A stretch of DNA of 64,000 bases, taken from Phycisphaeraceae bacterium (GTDB lineage: Bacteria; Planctomycetota; Phycisphaerae; Phycisphaerales; Phycisphaeraceae). The stretch lies in contig OY771506.1 of NCBI GenBank assembly GCA_963674705.1, positions 2,016,001 through 2,080,000 of the forward strand, read 5' to 3'. Shown here piece by piece: positions 1 through 10,244 of this stretch (position 1 is its first letter; the number at the start of each line of letters is the position of its first letter). The notes below the pieces were generated by a model. It made no database searches and was not told the origin of the DNA. It saw only the letters and a program-made list of their open reading frames with translations. A program made the position numbers and the translations under genes.

Positions 1-34
1 TGTACAAGTTCGATTCATTGAAAGGAAAATGATT

Positions 35-187
35 ATGTTATGGACAATTACAATTATTGCAGTCGTATTATGGCTGCTTGGACTTCTAACCTCTTACACG
101 CTCGGCGGTGTAATTCACATTCTGCTTGTGATAGCGCTCGTTGCGGTAGTCATTCAATTGATCCAGAATCGCAGGCTCTCGACGTAG
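35..187 (+). CDS. Small membrane protein, lmo0937-like (50 aa)
   Basis: Not in the ORF track (below 60 aa). Translated by hand: MLWTITIIAVVLWLLGLLTSYTLGGVIHILLVIALVAVVIQLIQNRRLST. AAAGGA RBS at 21-26. WLLG...GG.IHILLV is the pattern I recognise for this family. Confidence 0.85.
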   Translation: MLWTITIIAVVLWLLGLLTSYTLGGVIHILLVIALVAVVIQLIQNRRLST

Positions 188-218
188 GAGGCACGCTCAA
201 ATTCAAAAGGCACGTGGA

Positions 219-428
219 ATGGTAACAATCAAACATTATTCAGAGAGATCTCGACTATCAACATCTCGCTCGGAGGACAACTCGCGGCAAGTCGGGGAAC
301 ACCCGCCCTCTCACGACGACATCAGCTATCGAGCATATGAGATCTATGTCAGAAATGGCTTCATCCAGGGTCAGTGTAAGCTTGACTGGCATCAAGCGGA
401 GTGTGAACTGCTAAACAAAAATACATGA
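219..428 (+). CDS. DUF2934 domain protein
   Basis: I.YRAYEIY...G......DW.QAE.EL motif. Confidence 0.8.
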   Translation: MVTIKHYSERSRLSTSRSEDNSRQVGEHPPSHDDISYRAYEIYVRNGFIQGQCKLDWHQAECELLNKNT

Positions 429-789
429 CAAAAGCAATACACGGCGATAGGGCAATCATGGCAACCGTTTAACATACGGGTATTACTGCTAGGCAGAGAC
501 GGTTGCCGGCCTTACGGAGGGTAAAGGCCGGCACCGGCTGCCCGGTGGGGAATTGGAGTTTATTGACAGATAATAATTACGGTGGCAGCGGAGCAATGAT
601 GTAAGCAGCAACGTGATCAATCTACAAACGTTTGGTAAGGGGGAACTGCATGCGAATGTGGATGCTTGCCAGATATGATGTGTAGTGACATCGATTGGAT
701 CGCAGGACGAGGTCGACGGGTATATCACTGCAGCGATGATGTTTGTTAGGCATATATTGATTATTCCCTTGTATGTTACGACAAGAAGT

Positions 790-817
790 TTGATTTAAAT
801 GCCCTGTTGACTATAAT
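790..817 (+). promoter_or_regulatory. Putative sigma70 promoter upstream of the DUF2294 leader
   Basis: TTGATT (790-795), 16 bp, TATAAT (812-817). Confidence 0.4.
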
Positions 818-917
818 AGATACGAAAATGGAGCCGGAATGAAGTAGATGAAGGTCTCCAGCTTCGGATGACTAGCTAAGGGGCAAGTCGTACACCGCGA
901 CAGGCCCGTTGAAGAGT

Positions 918-970
918 AAGCCGATGTGGTTCAGCACCCCAGGTGCCGTTCCACGTCGGCTTTTTTGTTT
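918..970 (+). terminator. Intrinsic terminator/attenuator in the 5' leader of the DUF2294 gene
   Basis: AAGCCGATGTGG (918-929) pairs with CCACGTCGGCTT (951-962, one G-U). Inner GCACC/GGTGC stem. Followed by TTTTTTGTTT. Confidence 0.75.
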
Positions 971-1006
971 TACCGATTTAGGCCAGCAATGACTGGATTT
1001 ACAACA

Positions 1007-1414
1007 ATGACAAAAGGCATGGCAATCCCAACGATGACACAACAGGTGGAACAACTGGTTATCGCCCAACTCAAACAACAGACCGGCAAGGCGCCGGCCT
1101 CAGTGACGATCGTGTTCTACGGAAGTAGTCTAGCGATCAAGCTGCATGAAGCTCTGTCACCTACCGAGTTAGCAATGCTTAGATGCCCAGAGGGTGCTGA
1201 ACGAGTACAGGAAGTTCAACGCCGATTCTTCTCCAATACATTATCTGTGTTACGGGAGGAGATCAAACGGATCATGGGTCTACACATAGAGGAAGGCAGT
1301 ACCGAGATACAAGCAACGACGGGGACCGTAATCCATACGCTTGGAACAACCAACATTAAGCACAAAATCATGTCCGCTCAGATGGTTTCATGGGACAGTT
1401 GGAGTGGTAGTTGA
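1007..1414 (+). CDS. DUF2294 / MpsC-like protein
   Basis: QQTGKAPASVTIV...LHEALSPTE...VQEVQRRFF...LREEIKRIMG pattern. Start placed after the terminator; ATGs at 989, 1007, 1019 and 1034 are all possible. Confidence 0.75.
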   Translation: MTKGMAIPTMTQQVEQLVIAQLKQQTGKAPASVTIVFYGSSLAIKLHEALSPTELAMLRCPEGAERVQEVQRRFFSNTLSVLREEIKRIMGLHIEEGSTEIQATTGTVIHTLGTTNIKHKIMSAQMVSWDSWSGS

Positions 1415-1568
1415 CTACCGATCAGAAAGCCCCATCTGCTGACAGACCAGATGGCGAATGGTTTACACGAGAATGAAATTTACAGCTTTATATACAGGAG
1501 AGGTGAGTGTGATGCCTGAATCAATCGGAATAACCTCCCAATCAAACTATTGACCTCATCAGAATTGG

Positions 1569-2477
1569 ATGATGCTCGTGATTTCAACCAGCTTCGATTA
1601 TAAGAAAATCTCGCCCAGAATAGATCCTTCACAACGCCGTCTTGATTGGCCGGTCATCATTGCCATAGGCAGCCTGCACCTGAGCTGCTTGGCGGCGCCT
1701 TGGACTTTTTCATGGACAGGACTGATGCTGGTGCCTTTACTCTACTGGGTGAGTATCGGTCTGGGCATCGGTTTAGGCTATCACCGCCTGCTAACACACC
1801 GGTCCTATCACACGCCCAAGATGGTTGAGTATCTGCTGACAATATTCGCTACACTCAGTTGGCAGGGCGGCCCGGTCCGTTGGGTTGGCACCCACCGCCT
1901 GCATCACCGCGATTCGGACAGGCCGGCAGACCCGCATTCGCCGCGACACGGATTCACATGGGCTCACATTCTTTGGTGCATGTACCAGGATGGCCAAGGT
2001 TTTAAACCGAATGCGGCCGCATTGGATCTTGCTCGCGACCCTGTTCATGCATGGCTCGACCGCTACTTTTATATCCCACAGTTCGTTCTCGCCGCAGTAC
2101 TGTGCGTGGGTGGCTGGGCTCTAGGCGGCCACGAACTGGCTCTGTCATGGCTGGTATGGGGTATCGGCGTGCGTACTGTTCTGGGCTATCACGGCACATG
2201 GTTCGTCAACTCGGCATCACACACTTGGGGTTACCGTAACTTCAATACGAATGACAACTCGCGTAATAACTGGTGGGTGGCACTTCTCTCATTCGGCGAG
2301 GGCTGGCATAACAATCATCACGCACAGCAACGATCTGCGGCACACGGAATGCGCTGGTACGAGTTTGACCTGACGTACTGGACGATCCGCCTTATGGAGA
2401 CTGTTGGTTTGGCCAAACAAATAGTACGGCCCCGTCGCCCCTCTATGACTGTGCCTCTTCTGCGTTCATCAAGTTGA
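1569..2477 (+). CDS. Delta-9 acyl-lipid/acyl-CoA fatty acid desaturase
   Basis: His boxes HRLLTH, HRLHH, GEGWHNNHH; DPHSP; membrane segments. Confidence 0.95.
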   Translation: MMLVISTSFDYKKISPRIDPSQRRLDWPVIIAIGSLHLSCLAAPWTFSWTGLMLVPLLYWVSIGLGIGLGYHRLLTHRSYHTPKMVEYLLTIFATLSWQGGPVRWVGTHRLHHRDSDRPADPHSPRHGFTWAHILWCMYQDGQGFKPNAAALDLARDPVHAWLDRYFYIPQFVLAAVLCVGGWALGGHELALSWLVWGIGVRTVLGYHGTWFVNSASHTWGYRNFNTNDNSRNNWWVALLSFGEGWHNNHHAQQRSAAHGMRWYEFDLTYWTIRLMETVGLAKQIVRPRRPSMTVPLLRSSS

Positions 2478-2522
2478 TCGCAAACGTAACATTCCATCAG
2501 TCACAATCTGGATATAGCACAC

Positions 2523-2960
2523 ATGGCTACCGTTAAAGATATTCTTGTTAATAATGATCGCCCGGTCCCCAGCATCGGTCCGCAAGTTACAGTGCTGCAG
2601 GCAGCAAAGCAAATGAACGGTTACAAGGTTGGGGCCTTGGTTGTATGTGCGAATGGAGAATGCCTGGGCATCTTTACTGAACGGGATCTGTTACGGTGTT
2701 TTGCGTCAACACCAGACGTATTGCAGCAGACATTAGTTGACGCAGTCATGACCCGTGACCTGCTGGTTTGCTCGCCAAACACAACAATAAAAGATGCTCG
2801 GCTTCTGATGGTGGCTCGGAAAATTCGCAATCTGCCGGTTATCGACACCACAGGGGCCGTGATAGGCTTGATCTCGCTCGGGGACCTGGATGCCCACGAA
2901 CTAGGTGATCATGAGTTAGAGAATCACTACCTGAAAAAGTATCTATACACTCGCAATTAA
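2523..2960 (+). CDS. CBS-domain pair protein
   Basis: GIFTERDLL, VMTRD, IRNLPVID, GLISLGDL motifs. Confidence 0.9.
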   Translation: MATVKDILVNNDRPVPSIGPQVTVLQAAKQMNGYKVGALVVCANGECLGIFTERDLLRCFASTPDVLQQTLVDAVMTRDLLVCSPNTTIKDARLLMVARKIRNLPVIDTTGAVIGLISLGDLDAHELGDHELENHYLKKYLYTRN

Positions 2961-3010
2961 GTTTATACACAATCGGTCGAGACAACGCCGTTCAGGGCAT
3001 GGTTCAATAA

Positions 3011-4591
3011 ATGGTAGAGACTTGCATACAGTATGGTCAGGATGCGCGTGATGCATTACGCCGCGGTGTCACCAAGCTTGCGCGTACTGTCAAAGTTACC
3101 CTCGGCCCATCCGGTAAAGCTGTAGCGATACAAAATAGCTGTGATTCGCCATCATTCAGTAGAGACGGAGCCACGGTTGCATCGCAGATCATTTTGAATA
3201 ACCCCATCGAAAACATGGGTGCACAGATGATTAAGGAAGTAGCGGCCAGGTGCTCGATTGATGCCGGCGACGGTACAACAACCGCCATTGTTTACGCGGA
3301 AGCCATCTTTCTACAAGGTCTTAGGAACGTGGCTGCCGGCGCAAACCCGATCGAGGTCCAAAGCGGTATCGCCAAAGCCGTAATGGTAATTGTAACCGAG
3401 CTTAAGCGGATCTCCAGGACGGTTACAACCCCAAGCGATATCGCTCGGGTGGGCTTCTGTGCCGCGCATCAGGACGAGGATATCCTCCTAATCCTTACAA
3501 AAGCAATAGATCTCGTTGGCGGCACCGGTGTAATCACCGTCGAGGAAGGCCAGTCAAGAGAAACCGTGGTTGAATACCTCCAAGGGATGCAATTCAACAA
3601 AGGGTATGCCTCGTCTTACTTCGTCACAGATCAGCCCAAGATGAACTGCACGCTCGAAGACGCCTTTGTGCTTATTCATGAAAACAAATTGAATTCGGCG
3701 GTGAAACTGCTTCCTCTTCTAAGTAAGGTCGCCGAGGCTGGCAAACCCCTTTTGATCATCGCCGAGGACTTCAGCCGTGATGTCCTTGCAACGCTCATAA
3801 TCAATATAAGCCGAGCAGCCCTGAAAGTATGTGCGGTCAGAGCCCCCAGCTTTGGAAGCAGCCGCAAGGACCTGCTTGACGACATCGCCATGTTAACCAA
3901 GGGGCGAGCCATCACGGATGTGCTGGGTCTGGACATCGCGAAGCTTGATCTCGAAGATCTAGGCCGCGCCAAGAAGATCGTGATCGACAGCGACACAGCC
4001 ACGATCATCGTCGATTCGAACCATTCGGCCGTGATGAATGCGAGGCTAGCGGCACTGAAGAAGGAAATCGACTCACATCCGGACAAATACGAGCAGCGGT
4101 TGCTAAGGGAGCGTGTAGCTCGGTTATCCGGCGGTATCGCCCAGATCATCGTGGGGGGCTCAACAGAATCAGAGATCAAAGCCAGGAAAGCCCGATTCGA
4201 CGACGCCGTTCATGCATGTAGAGCCGCCGTCGAAGAAGGGATTCTGCCCGGCGGCGGCAGCGCAGTCCTACGCACCCGCAAGCTATTGTTAGCCTTGAAG
4301 CGGTCATGTGTCGGTGACGAGCAAGTCGGTGTAGATATTATTTGGAAGGCGGTTGCGGCCCCAATTATTCAGATCGCTAGGAACGCCGGCCACAACGGCT
4401 CCGTAGTCGCCGACGTGGTGGAGCAATCAACCGAGTTGAATTATGGATTTGATGCCATCACAGGGGAGTACGGCAATCTTATTGAGATGGGTGTTCTGGT
4501 ATCCACTAAGGTCGAACGCATCGCCTTCGAGAAGGCCGCATCGATTGCGGGACTGCTTTTGAATACTGCTGCCGTGATTTCCAGGATTTAG
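3011..4591 (+). CDS. groEL: Divergent chaperonin GroEL (Cpn60) paralogue
   Basis: VKVTLGPSG, AGDGTTTA, GMQFNKGY, KPLLIIAED, AAVEEGILPGGG. No GGM tail and no adjacent groES. Confidence 0.92.
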   Translation: MVETCIQYGQDARDALRRGVTKLARTVKVTLGPSGKAVAIQNSCDSPSFSRDGATVASQIILNNPIENMGAQMIKEVAARCSIDAGDGTTTAIVYAEAIFLQGLRNVAAGANPIEVQSGIAKAVMVIVTELKRISRTVTTPSDIARVGFCAAHQDEDILLILTKAIDLVGGTGVITVEEGQSRETVVEYLQGMQFNKGYASSYFVTDQPKMNCTLEDAFVLIHENKLNSAVKLLPLLSKVAEAGKPLLIIAEDFSRDVLATLIINISRAALKVCAVRAPSFGSSRKDLLDDIAMLTKGRAITDVLGLDIAKLDLEDLGRAKKIVIDSDTATIIVDSNHSAVMNARLAALKKEIDSHPDKYEQRLLRERVARLSGGIAQIIVGGSTESEIKARKARFDDAVHACRAAVEEGILPGGGSAVLRTRKLLLALKRSCVGDEQVGVDIIWKAVAAPIIQIARNAGHNGSVVADVVEQSTELNYGFDAITGEYGNLIEMGVLVSTKVERIAFEKAASIAGLLLNTAAVISRI

Positions 4592-4738
4592 TCGGTGGTG
4601 AGAATAGTGATGCTGGCTGATGTGTATGTCGCACGTCATGCGACAGGTATCAGGGCCGCTTTGAATAATTGCTGGTACTGAGGATAACCACAGACGCCAA
4701 GAATTCGACGTCGACCATATCATCGAAAAACGCACCTG

Positions 4739-5149
4739 ATGAGTGAGGAAAGCAAAATGTCTTCCATATCACCGACAAGTACGATAGCCGTCGTGGATAT
4801 TCCGGATAAGTACGGTATCACACGACTCAACAGAGCCACCTGGAGCAGGAATCCACGTGCAGTAGAGTTTTTGCTTGCTAAAGGGGCCAATATCAATGGT
4901 CTGGGCTACCACGGGCACACCTTGCTCCAGAGCGCCGCTATCTGCAATGACATGCCTTGGACCAGGCTGCTTCTGGATTACGGCGCAGATCCAAACGCTT
5001 TGGATCCAGGCAACGGACTGTCGGCTTTGAATTATGCAGTGCAAGCCGGACACAAGGAGATTGTTGAACTACTGCTTGCCCATGGCGCTAAACGAGGACG
5101 ATCAGTGCCGCACGATCAACCATTGCCGGCAGATGAATCCGAGACATAA
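4739..5149 (+). CDS. Ankyrin-repeat protein
   Basis: VEFLLAKGANIN, LLLDYGADPN, SALNYAVQAGHKEIVELLLAHGA. Confidence 0.9.
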   Translation: MSEESKMSSISPTSTIAVVDIPDKYGITRLNRATWSRNPRAVEFLLAKGANINGLGYHGHTLLQSAAICNDMPWTRLLLDYGADPNALDPGNGLSALNYAVQAGHKEIVELLLAHGAKRGRSVPHDQPLPADESET

Positions 5150-5160
5150 AGATTATTTGA

Positions 5161-5421
5161 ATGAGCAACCACAAACATGACTTCCCAACCCGAGCGAGAG
5201 AGATGCCTTCGATGGTCCACTATCTTGCTGAACATCAACAGAGCATTACCGGGCCCAGGACCTTGGCCCAGACATTTACCGATTATCGGCGACTTTTACT
5301 ATCCGGAGCGGTCAAACTGGTCAGATATGAACATGAGCAAATCCTAAGTATGAACCCAGACAAAGTGAACTGGATCGACGCCTATGAATGGTGGAAGAGT
5401 AGTTCTGAAACAATGTCTTGA
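5161..5421 (+). CDS. Hypothetical protein
   Basis: ATG ORF 11 bp after the ankyrin gene on the same strand; no motif recognised. Confidence 0.5.
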   Translation: MSNHKHDFPTRAREMPSMVHYLAEHQQSITGPRTLAQTFTDYRRLLLSGAVKLVRYEHEQILSMNPDKVNWIDAYEWWKSSSETMS

Positions 5422-5496
5422 CGACATACGAGATAGGCCCGCCTCAGTATTTGGGGTGATGCCGTTTGAATCACAGAGAGGTGGTGAGCATAAGCC

Positions 5497-6925
5497 ATGC
5501 GCTTATTCCTAATCAATCCGTCCAACCCGTTGGTGAGCTTGGCTCAACGCAGTCGTTGGCGGAAGTACCGTGTATGGAAGCCGCTGGGGCTTATGGTGAT
5601 CGCAGCTCTGACGCCTGAAGCGGAATGGGATGTGACAATCATAGACGAGAATCTCGGTATGCCGGACTATGCAAATCTACCCCGGCCCCGACCTTGTTGG
5701 CATCACCGCCTTTACCTCGCAAGCACCTCGGGCTTATCAGATCGCGGCTATATTCCGTAGCATGGGTGTGCCTGTCATCATGGGTGGCATCCACGCATCG
5801 ATGTGTACCGATGAGGCGCTGGAGTATGTTGATACTGTTGTACAGGGTGAGGCCGAATCTATCTGGCCGTCGGTGCTCCTTGATGCCCAACACGGCATGC
5901 TGAAACGGCATTATATTGGTGAGTCAGCCGATCTGGCATCCGTACCACCGGCTCGCCATGACCTGTTGACGCATGGCTACGCATTCGGCTCCATCCAAAC
6001 CACACGCGGCTGTCCTTTGAATTGTCACTTCTGCAGTGTGTCCGCTTTCAATGGACATCGTTATCGCCATCGTCCAATAGGTGATGTGGTTGATGAGCTT
6101 GCGATGATACCAGAACGTATGGTTCTGGTAGTGGATGATAACTTGATCGGTACACGCGATGAGCACATCGTGCGTGCCAAGAAGCTATTCCGTGCCATCA
6201 TCGACGCTGGCATCAACAAGAAGTGGATATGCCAAGCAACCATTAATCTTGCAGATGACGAGGAATTGCTTCAATTGGCGAGGCGCGCTGGCTGTGTCGG
6301 TGTGTTTATCGGCTTCGAAACAACCTCAGACGAGGGGCTGGTTGAATTGGGTAAACGCTACAACATCCTCAAGGGTGGCGATCTGCGAGCCAGTGTCAAG
6401 CGCATCCACCGTTACGGCATTTCGATCGTGGGGTCCTTCATCATGGGGCTGGATAGCGATAAAGTAGGTGTGGGCAAACATATTGCCGAGACCGCAAGCT
6501 ATTATGGCGTGGACCTACTGAACCCCGTATTCATGACACCGTTACCTGGAACACGGCTGTGGGAAAATATGAACAAGCAGCATCGTATAGCTGCGAATCG
6601 TTATCCTGAAGAATGGAAGTACTATACCCTCAGCTATCCTGTGGCCCGGCACTGCAATCTATCCTGGCGTCAGCTAATTAATGAAATGAATCATTGTTGT
6701 CGAAATTTCTATTCGCCGCTCACGATGCTTAAACGCATTGTCGGTAGCATCAGGCACTGGCGAAGCCCACTGACTATGCTCGTGGCCAATCTGTCTTACC
6801 GCCGTAATTGGCTATCAGATCACCGGGCGATGCACAACATGGACACTAGCCGTGGAACTGAGTGGGACGGAAAGGATGGTCGATCTAATACAAAGTCTTT
6901 ACCTGGCGAATGCGGTCCGCAATAA
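5497..6925 (+). pseudogene. B12-binding radical SAM protein, split by a +1 frameshift near 5686-5689
   Basis: N-part MRLFLINP...KPLGLMVIAALTP...IIDEN (5497 frame) continues as PDLVGITAFT...GGIHAS...RGCPLNCHFC in the 5669 frame. There is one extra C in CTACCCCGGCCCCGAC. Confidence 0.85.
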
Positions 6926-7354
6926 GCAACGATATACTCGAGCGTGAGTTCAAGATCGTACGTCTTCTGTGTCGAAAACCTTGTTGCTGATTATGCATGA
7001 AAAGTAACTTATGCCACAGGCTAGATGGGTATCTCGTTGACGAGCAGAGGAATCATAAGGCGAGTCGGGTACACTGATTTTAGCCTGAAGTCAGCAAATC
7101 GTCAGCACTGATGTATCAGTTTTCAGAATGACGGTAAACCCACAAGTGTTCGATGTGCCGCCGGTTGCTCCGGATTGTCCCAATTGGCCTGACACATTGA
7201 TTTGCATCTGGCCAATGTGCATCTGGTTATGAGACCCCTGACAGCAGCAACTCTGAAGCGGTCATTTATACTATGTCCAGAGTGGTTGCGTAGTGTCGTG
7301 TGCGACACGCGACAACTCGGTTCGCAGACAGTAGCCAAACGAACGTCTGTCGAC

Positions 7355-7651
7355 TTACTCATCTTGACGTCGGCTTTCATCCACCATCGCGGCGCGGACA
7401 GCGGCACGGGGGGAATCGACGTGGCCGGTGGCGAGGATCGCGACAAAACGCGGTTCATGGGTAGTGCCTGAGTATTGCCATGCATAACATATGCGAGCCC
7501 GTTGATGGCCATGAAGAGTGAAGATGTGAACATCCCCCTCCCAGATGATCTGGCCCGCCCGATCTTCGCGTATACGAACAGAATCCTTGAGCGTGGCATC
7601 GCACCCATGCTGCTCATGGATCACTTTTTTCAGTTGTTCGATTAGTGACAT
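7355..7651 (-). CDS. Hypothetical protein
   Basis: ATG ORF with protein-like composition (HGCDA...WEGDVHIF...CYAW...SPRAAVRAAM). Confidence 0.7.
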   Translation of the reverse strand: MSLIEQLKKVIHEQHGCDATLKDSVRIREDRAGQIIWEGDVHIFTLHGHQRARICYAWQYSGTTHEPRFVAILATGHVDSPRAAVRAAMVDESRRQDE

Positions 7652-7672
7652 GACGTATTATCCGTGAGGGCG

Positions 7673-7708
7673 CAAGAAAATGCCCGTCACTACAACGAGT
7701 GACGGGCA
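7673..7708 (-). terminator. Intrinsic terminator downstream of the RRM gene
   Basis: TGCCCGTCACT-acaacg-AGTGACGGGCA perfect stem (7681-7708), followed on the minus strand by TTTTCTTG. Confidence 0.7.
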
Positions 7709-7738
7709 ACCGTTTACGTGATTGATTATGCGTGCGAC

Positions 7739-8017
7739 TTAGTAACGCCCGCCACGGTTTCCGCCGCCTGGGCGGGACTCGCGGGGCTTGGCTTCGTTGA
7801 CGTTGAGGCTGCGACCTTCAAACTCGTTGCCGTTAAGCTCGGTGATTGCCTTGCCAGCACCTTGATCATCCATGGTGACAAATGCGAAACCGCGTGGCCG
7901 GCCGGTCTCGCGATCTGTGACGAGTGCCACCTCACTGACCGTGCCGTAGTTGCTGAACAGGTCTTCGAGGTTCTCCTGCGTGGTTTTAAAACTGAGATTG
8001 CCGACGTAGATCTTCAC
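7739..8017 (-). CDS. RNA-binding protein (single RRM, Gly/Arg tail)
   Basis: RNP2 IYVGNL, RNP1 [28 protein letters not shown] start at 8017 with AGGAG upstream. Confidence 0.95.
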   Translation of the reverse strand: MKIYVGNLSFKTTQENLEDLFSNYGTVSEVALVTDRETGRPRGFAFVTMDDQGAGKAITELNGNEFEGRSLNVNEAKPRESRPGGGNRGGRY

Positions 8018-8605
8018 AATAAAGCTCCTGGGGAGAGGCGTACGTGTGGGCTGCCAAACAATGGAGCTTTGCGAGCGACTCAAGATTGGGTCCGGTTAGA
8101 GCCGGACTCTTTATATTATATGGCCATTCGTCTCAATTACAATATGACGTTATTTTGTCCTTGGCCAGTATATCCATTGACCGCGTCTTAACCGCAATCG
8201 TAGGGATCGCCTCTCCCTATGTCGGGCTATACTTATAGTTCATACACATGTTCCAGAATAAACTATCGCTTTTTATATAAACCAACGCTTTGCCAGCTAA
8301 TCCGATCTACAATGAAGATAATAAAATGGTCTGAAGATATGGAATGCCAATATCTTGTCGGTTCCCATTGTTCGAGTATTAACGGCGGCATCTGGATGCC
8401 GCCCTTGCAAGACCAAAGACTATCATGAACATACTGCTAAGGCGCATAATTCATGGGCAAAAGCGGACAGTGCCCGACATTATGAGCCACCTCCGGCCGT
8501 GGGCCACTTCACTGCATCTCAAGTGGTCGCGTTGAATCACACTTCTGAGTGTTTAAACGCGGTATTAGATGTGCAATACGGAGCCAAATGATAGGTGATT
8601 AGAGC

Positions 8606-9028
8606 TTAAACCTTTGATGCCGGTTCCGTTGAGCATGCGTTGTTCACGCATTTGCGTGAGAAGCATTGAAGGCGGGGTCGGACTTTCGCGAAACCTGCGT
8701 ATAGAACGTCAAAGATCGATCGAAGGATCGGCCAACCCGTCCAACGCCAGAGCCAACCCATCCCAAGGGCATCGTAGATTCGGCGGAAAGCTTCCATGCC
8801 CGTGACAACGGAGCCGTCTGGTAAGATCGCGTGTATGCGTGCGTGGACGGCGGTCAGTGTCAGTCCGAATTGGCCGGCATCGAATCCTGGTGCAGTAATA
8901 TCGACTGGCTCGATCACACCCTGTTTATCATGTCGGGCGATCACACGCACCTCGCGCTTGCACAACGGGCACAGTCCGTCGTAGAGCATCTTGATTGGCG
9001 CTACCGGAATCTGATTTGTATCTTTCAA
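8606..9028 (-). CDS. DCC1-like thiol-disulfide oxidoreductase (DUF393)
   Basis: LYDGLCPLC motif; G.EAF..IY. Confidence 0.9.
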   Translation of the reverse strand: MKDTNQIPVAPIKMLYDGLCPLCKREVRVIARHDKQGVIEPVDITAPGFDAGQFGLTLTAVHARIHAILPDGSVVTGMEAFRRIYDALGMGWLWRWTGWPILRSIFDVLYAGFAKVRPRLQCFSRKCVNNACSTEPASKV

Positions 9029-9044
9029 GTTGCAGTCCTTTGCT

Positions 9045-9398
9045 TTATGCTGAGCGTCGGGCTTTGATAAAAGAAAGAATATAAGCAGTCAGCAACGTGA
9101 CACAGATAGTCAACGTGATCAATTGTGCCGATCGAGCGGCGTTGCTCAAATCCACCCACTTAATAAATACACGCGACGAACCGACAGCGGCCAGCAACAC
9201 GAGAACCGCAGCCACATGGATTGCTACCTTCAACGCCTTGGGGTTCATTGCCACCAACCCGCACATCAGCAGTGGGCCTCCGATGAACGCGGGAATCAAA
9301 GCGGTGATGCTGCTGGTGCCGGTCCCCAAGTAGAAGGCCACACCGGTCAAAATCAGACATAGGCCGCCGATGATCGTCAGCAGGACAGTTATTCGCAT
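9045..9398 (-). CDS. Small 4-TM membrane protein
   Basis: Four hydrophobic segments; SITALIPAF.G and SFIKARR motifs; GAGG RBS. Confidence 0.8.
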   Translation of the reverse strand: MRITVLLTIIGGLCLILTGVAFYLGTGTSSITALIPAFIGGPLLMCGLVAMNPKALKVAIHVAAVLVLLAAVGSSRVFIKWVDLSNAARSAQLITLTICVTLLTAYILSFIKARRSA

Positions 9399-9531
9399 GG
9401 TTTACCTCGAAAGGACAATAGGCTCATGAAGCCTGCCAGGCAACTGCGCCAGTTCAATTAAGTATCGGGATTCCTCTGTTGCGATTTAAGTCCACCTAAA
9501 AGGCTTACATGGGACTAGCTGACTTATATGT

Positions 9532-10041
9532 ATGCCCGCAGTATTATTAAACACGATGCGACGTAGCGTTGTACATAACTGGCTAGGGTTGCTGGCGTGG
9601 ATTGCTGTCGCATTTGTGCCAGCGACAACGGCTGCGTTCATTGAGACCGGCTCTTGGTATGACTCGCTCAACAGTCCCGCATGGACGCCACCATCTTGGG
9701 TGTTTGGGCCTGTATGGACATTGCTTTATCTACTCATGGGTATCGCGGCATGGCGGGTTTGGATAAAACATGGATTCGCTGATCCCCAAACGCGGTTTGC
9801 GCTGGTGGTCTTTCTGCTTCACCTGATCTTTAACGCTGCATGGACGTGGCTTTTCTTCGGTCAGCACATGCCCACCGCTGCGGCTATTGATATCGTAATT
9901 CTCTGGGCGATGATTCTTGTACTGGGGGTGCTGTTCTGGAAGCGTGACCGAGTTGCGGGCGCTCTCCTTTTGCCATATTTACTTTGGGTGACATATGCGG
10001 TAACGTTGAGTATTGGATTTGCGATTATGAACTCGATGTAG
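9532..10041 (+). CDS. tspO: TspO/MBR family tryptophan-rich sensory protein
   Basis: WYDSLNSPAWTPPSWVFGPVWTLLY, NAAWTWLFFG, LLPYLLWV. The true start may be the ATG near 9556. Confidence 0.93.
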   Translation: MPAVLLNTMRRSVVHNWLGLLAWIAVAFVPATTAAFIETGSWYDSLNSPAWTPPSWVFGPVWTLLYLLMGIAAWRVWIKHGFADPQTRFALVVFLLHLIFNAAWTWLFFGQHMPTAAAIDIVILWAMILVLGVLFWKRDRVAGALLLPYLLWVTYAVTLSIGFAIMNSM

Positions 10042-10244
10042 AGTAGCGCCGTAAGATACCGACCATATCAGATTGGGTCATATGTAGATTCATGCAAGTA
10101 AATGGACCAATATGCGCAAGCAATCGTGGGTATGTTCCTGCGCGTACCTTGTCTTCTTCATGAATCGACCTCCTAAATTAGGGCTGATTCTTGTCGATTT
10201 ACTCACACTCCGCTTGGATCAGTGTTCCCGTGAAGGTGCATTGA

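Noticed and set aside
40..225. Listed 61-aa ORF
   Set aside because: It overlaps the better supported 35..187 membrane-protein frame and has no recognisable motif.
8044..8591. Short ORFs between the RRM and DCC1-like genes
   Set aside because: No RBS or motif support; the region is AT-rich and probably intergenic.
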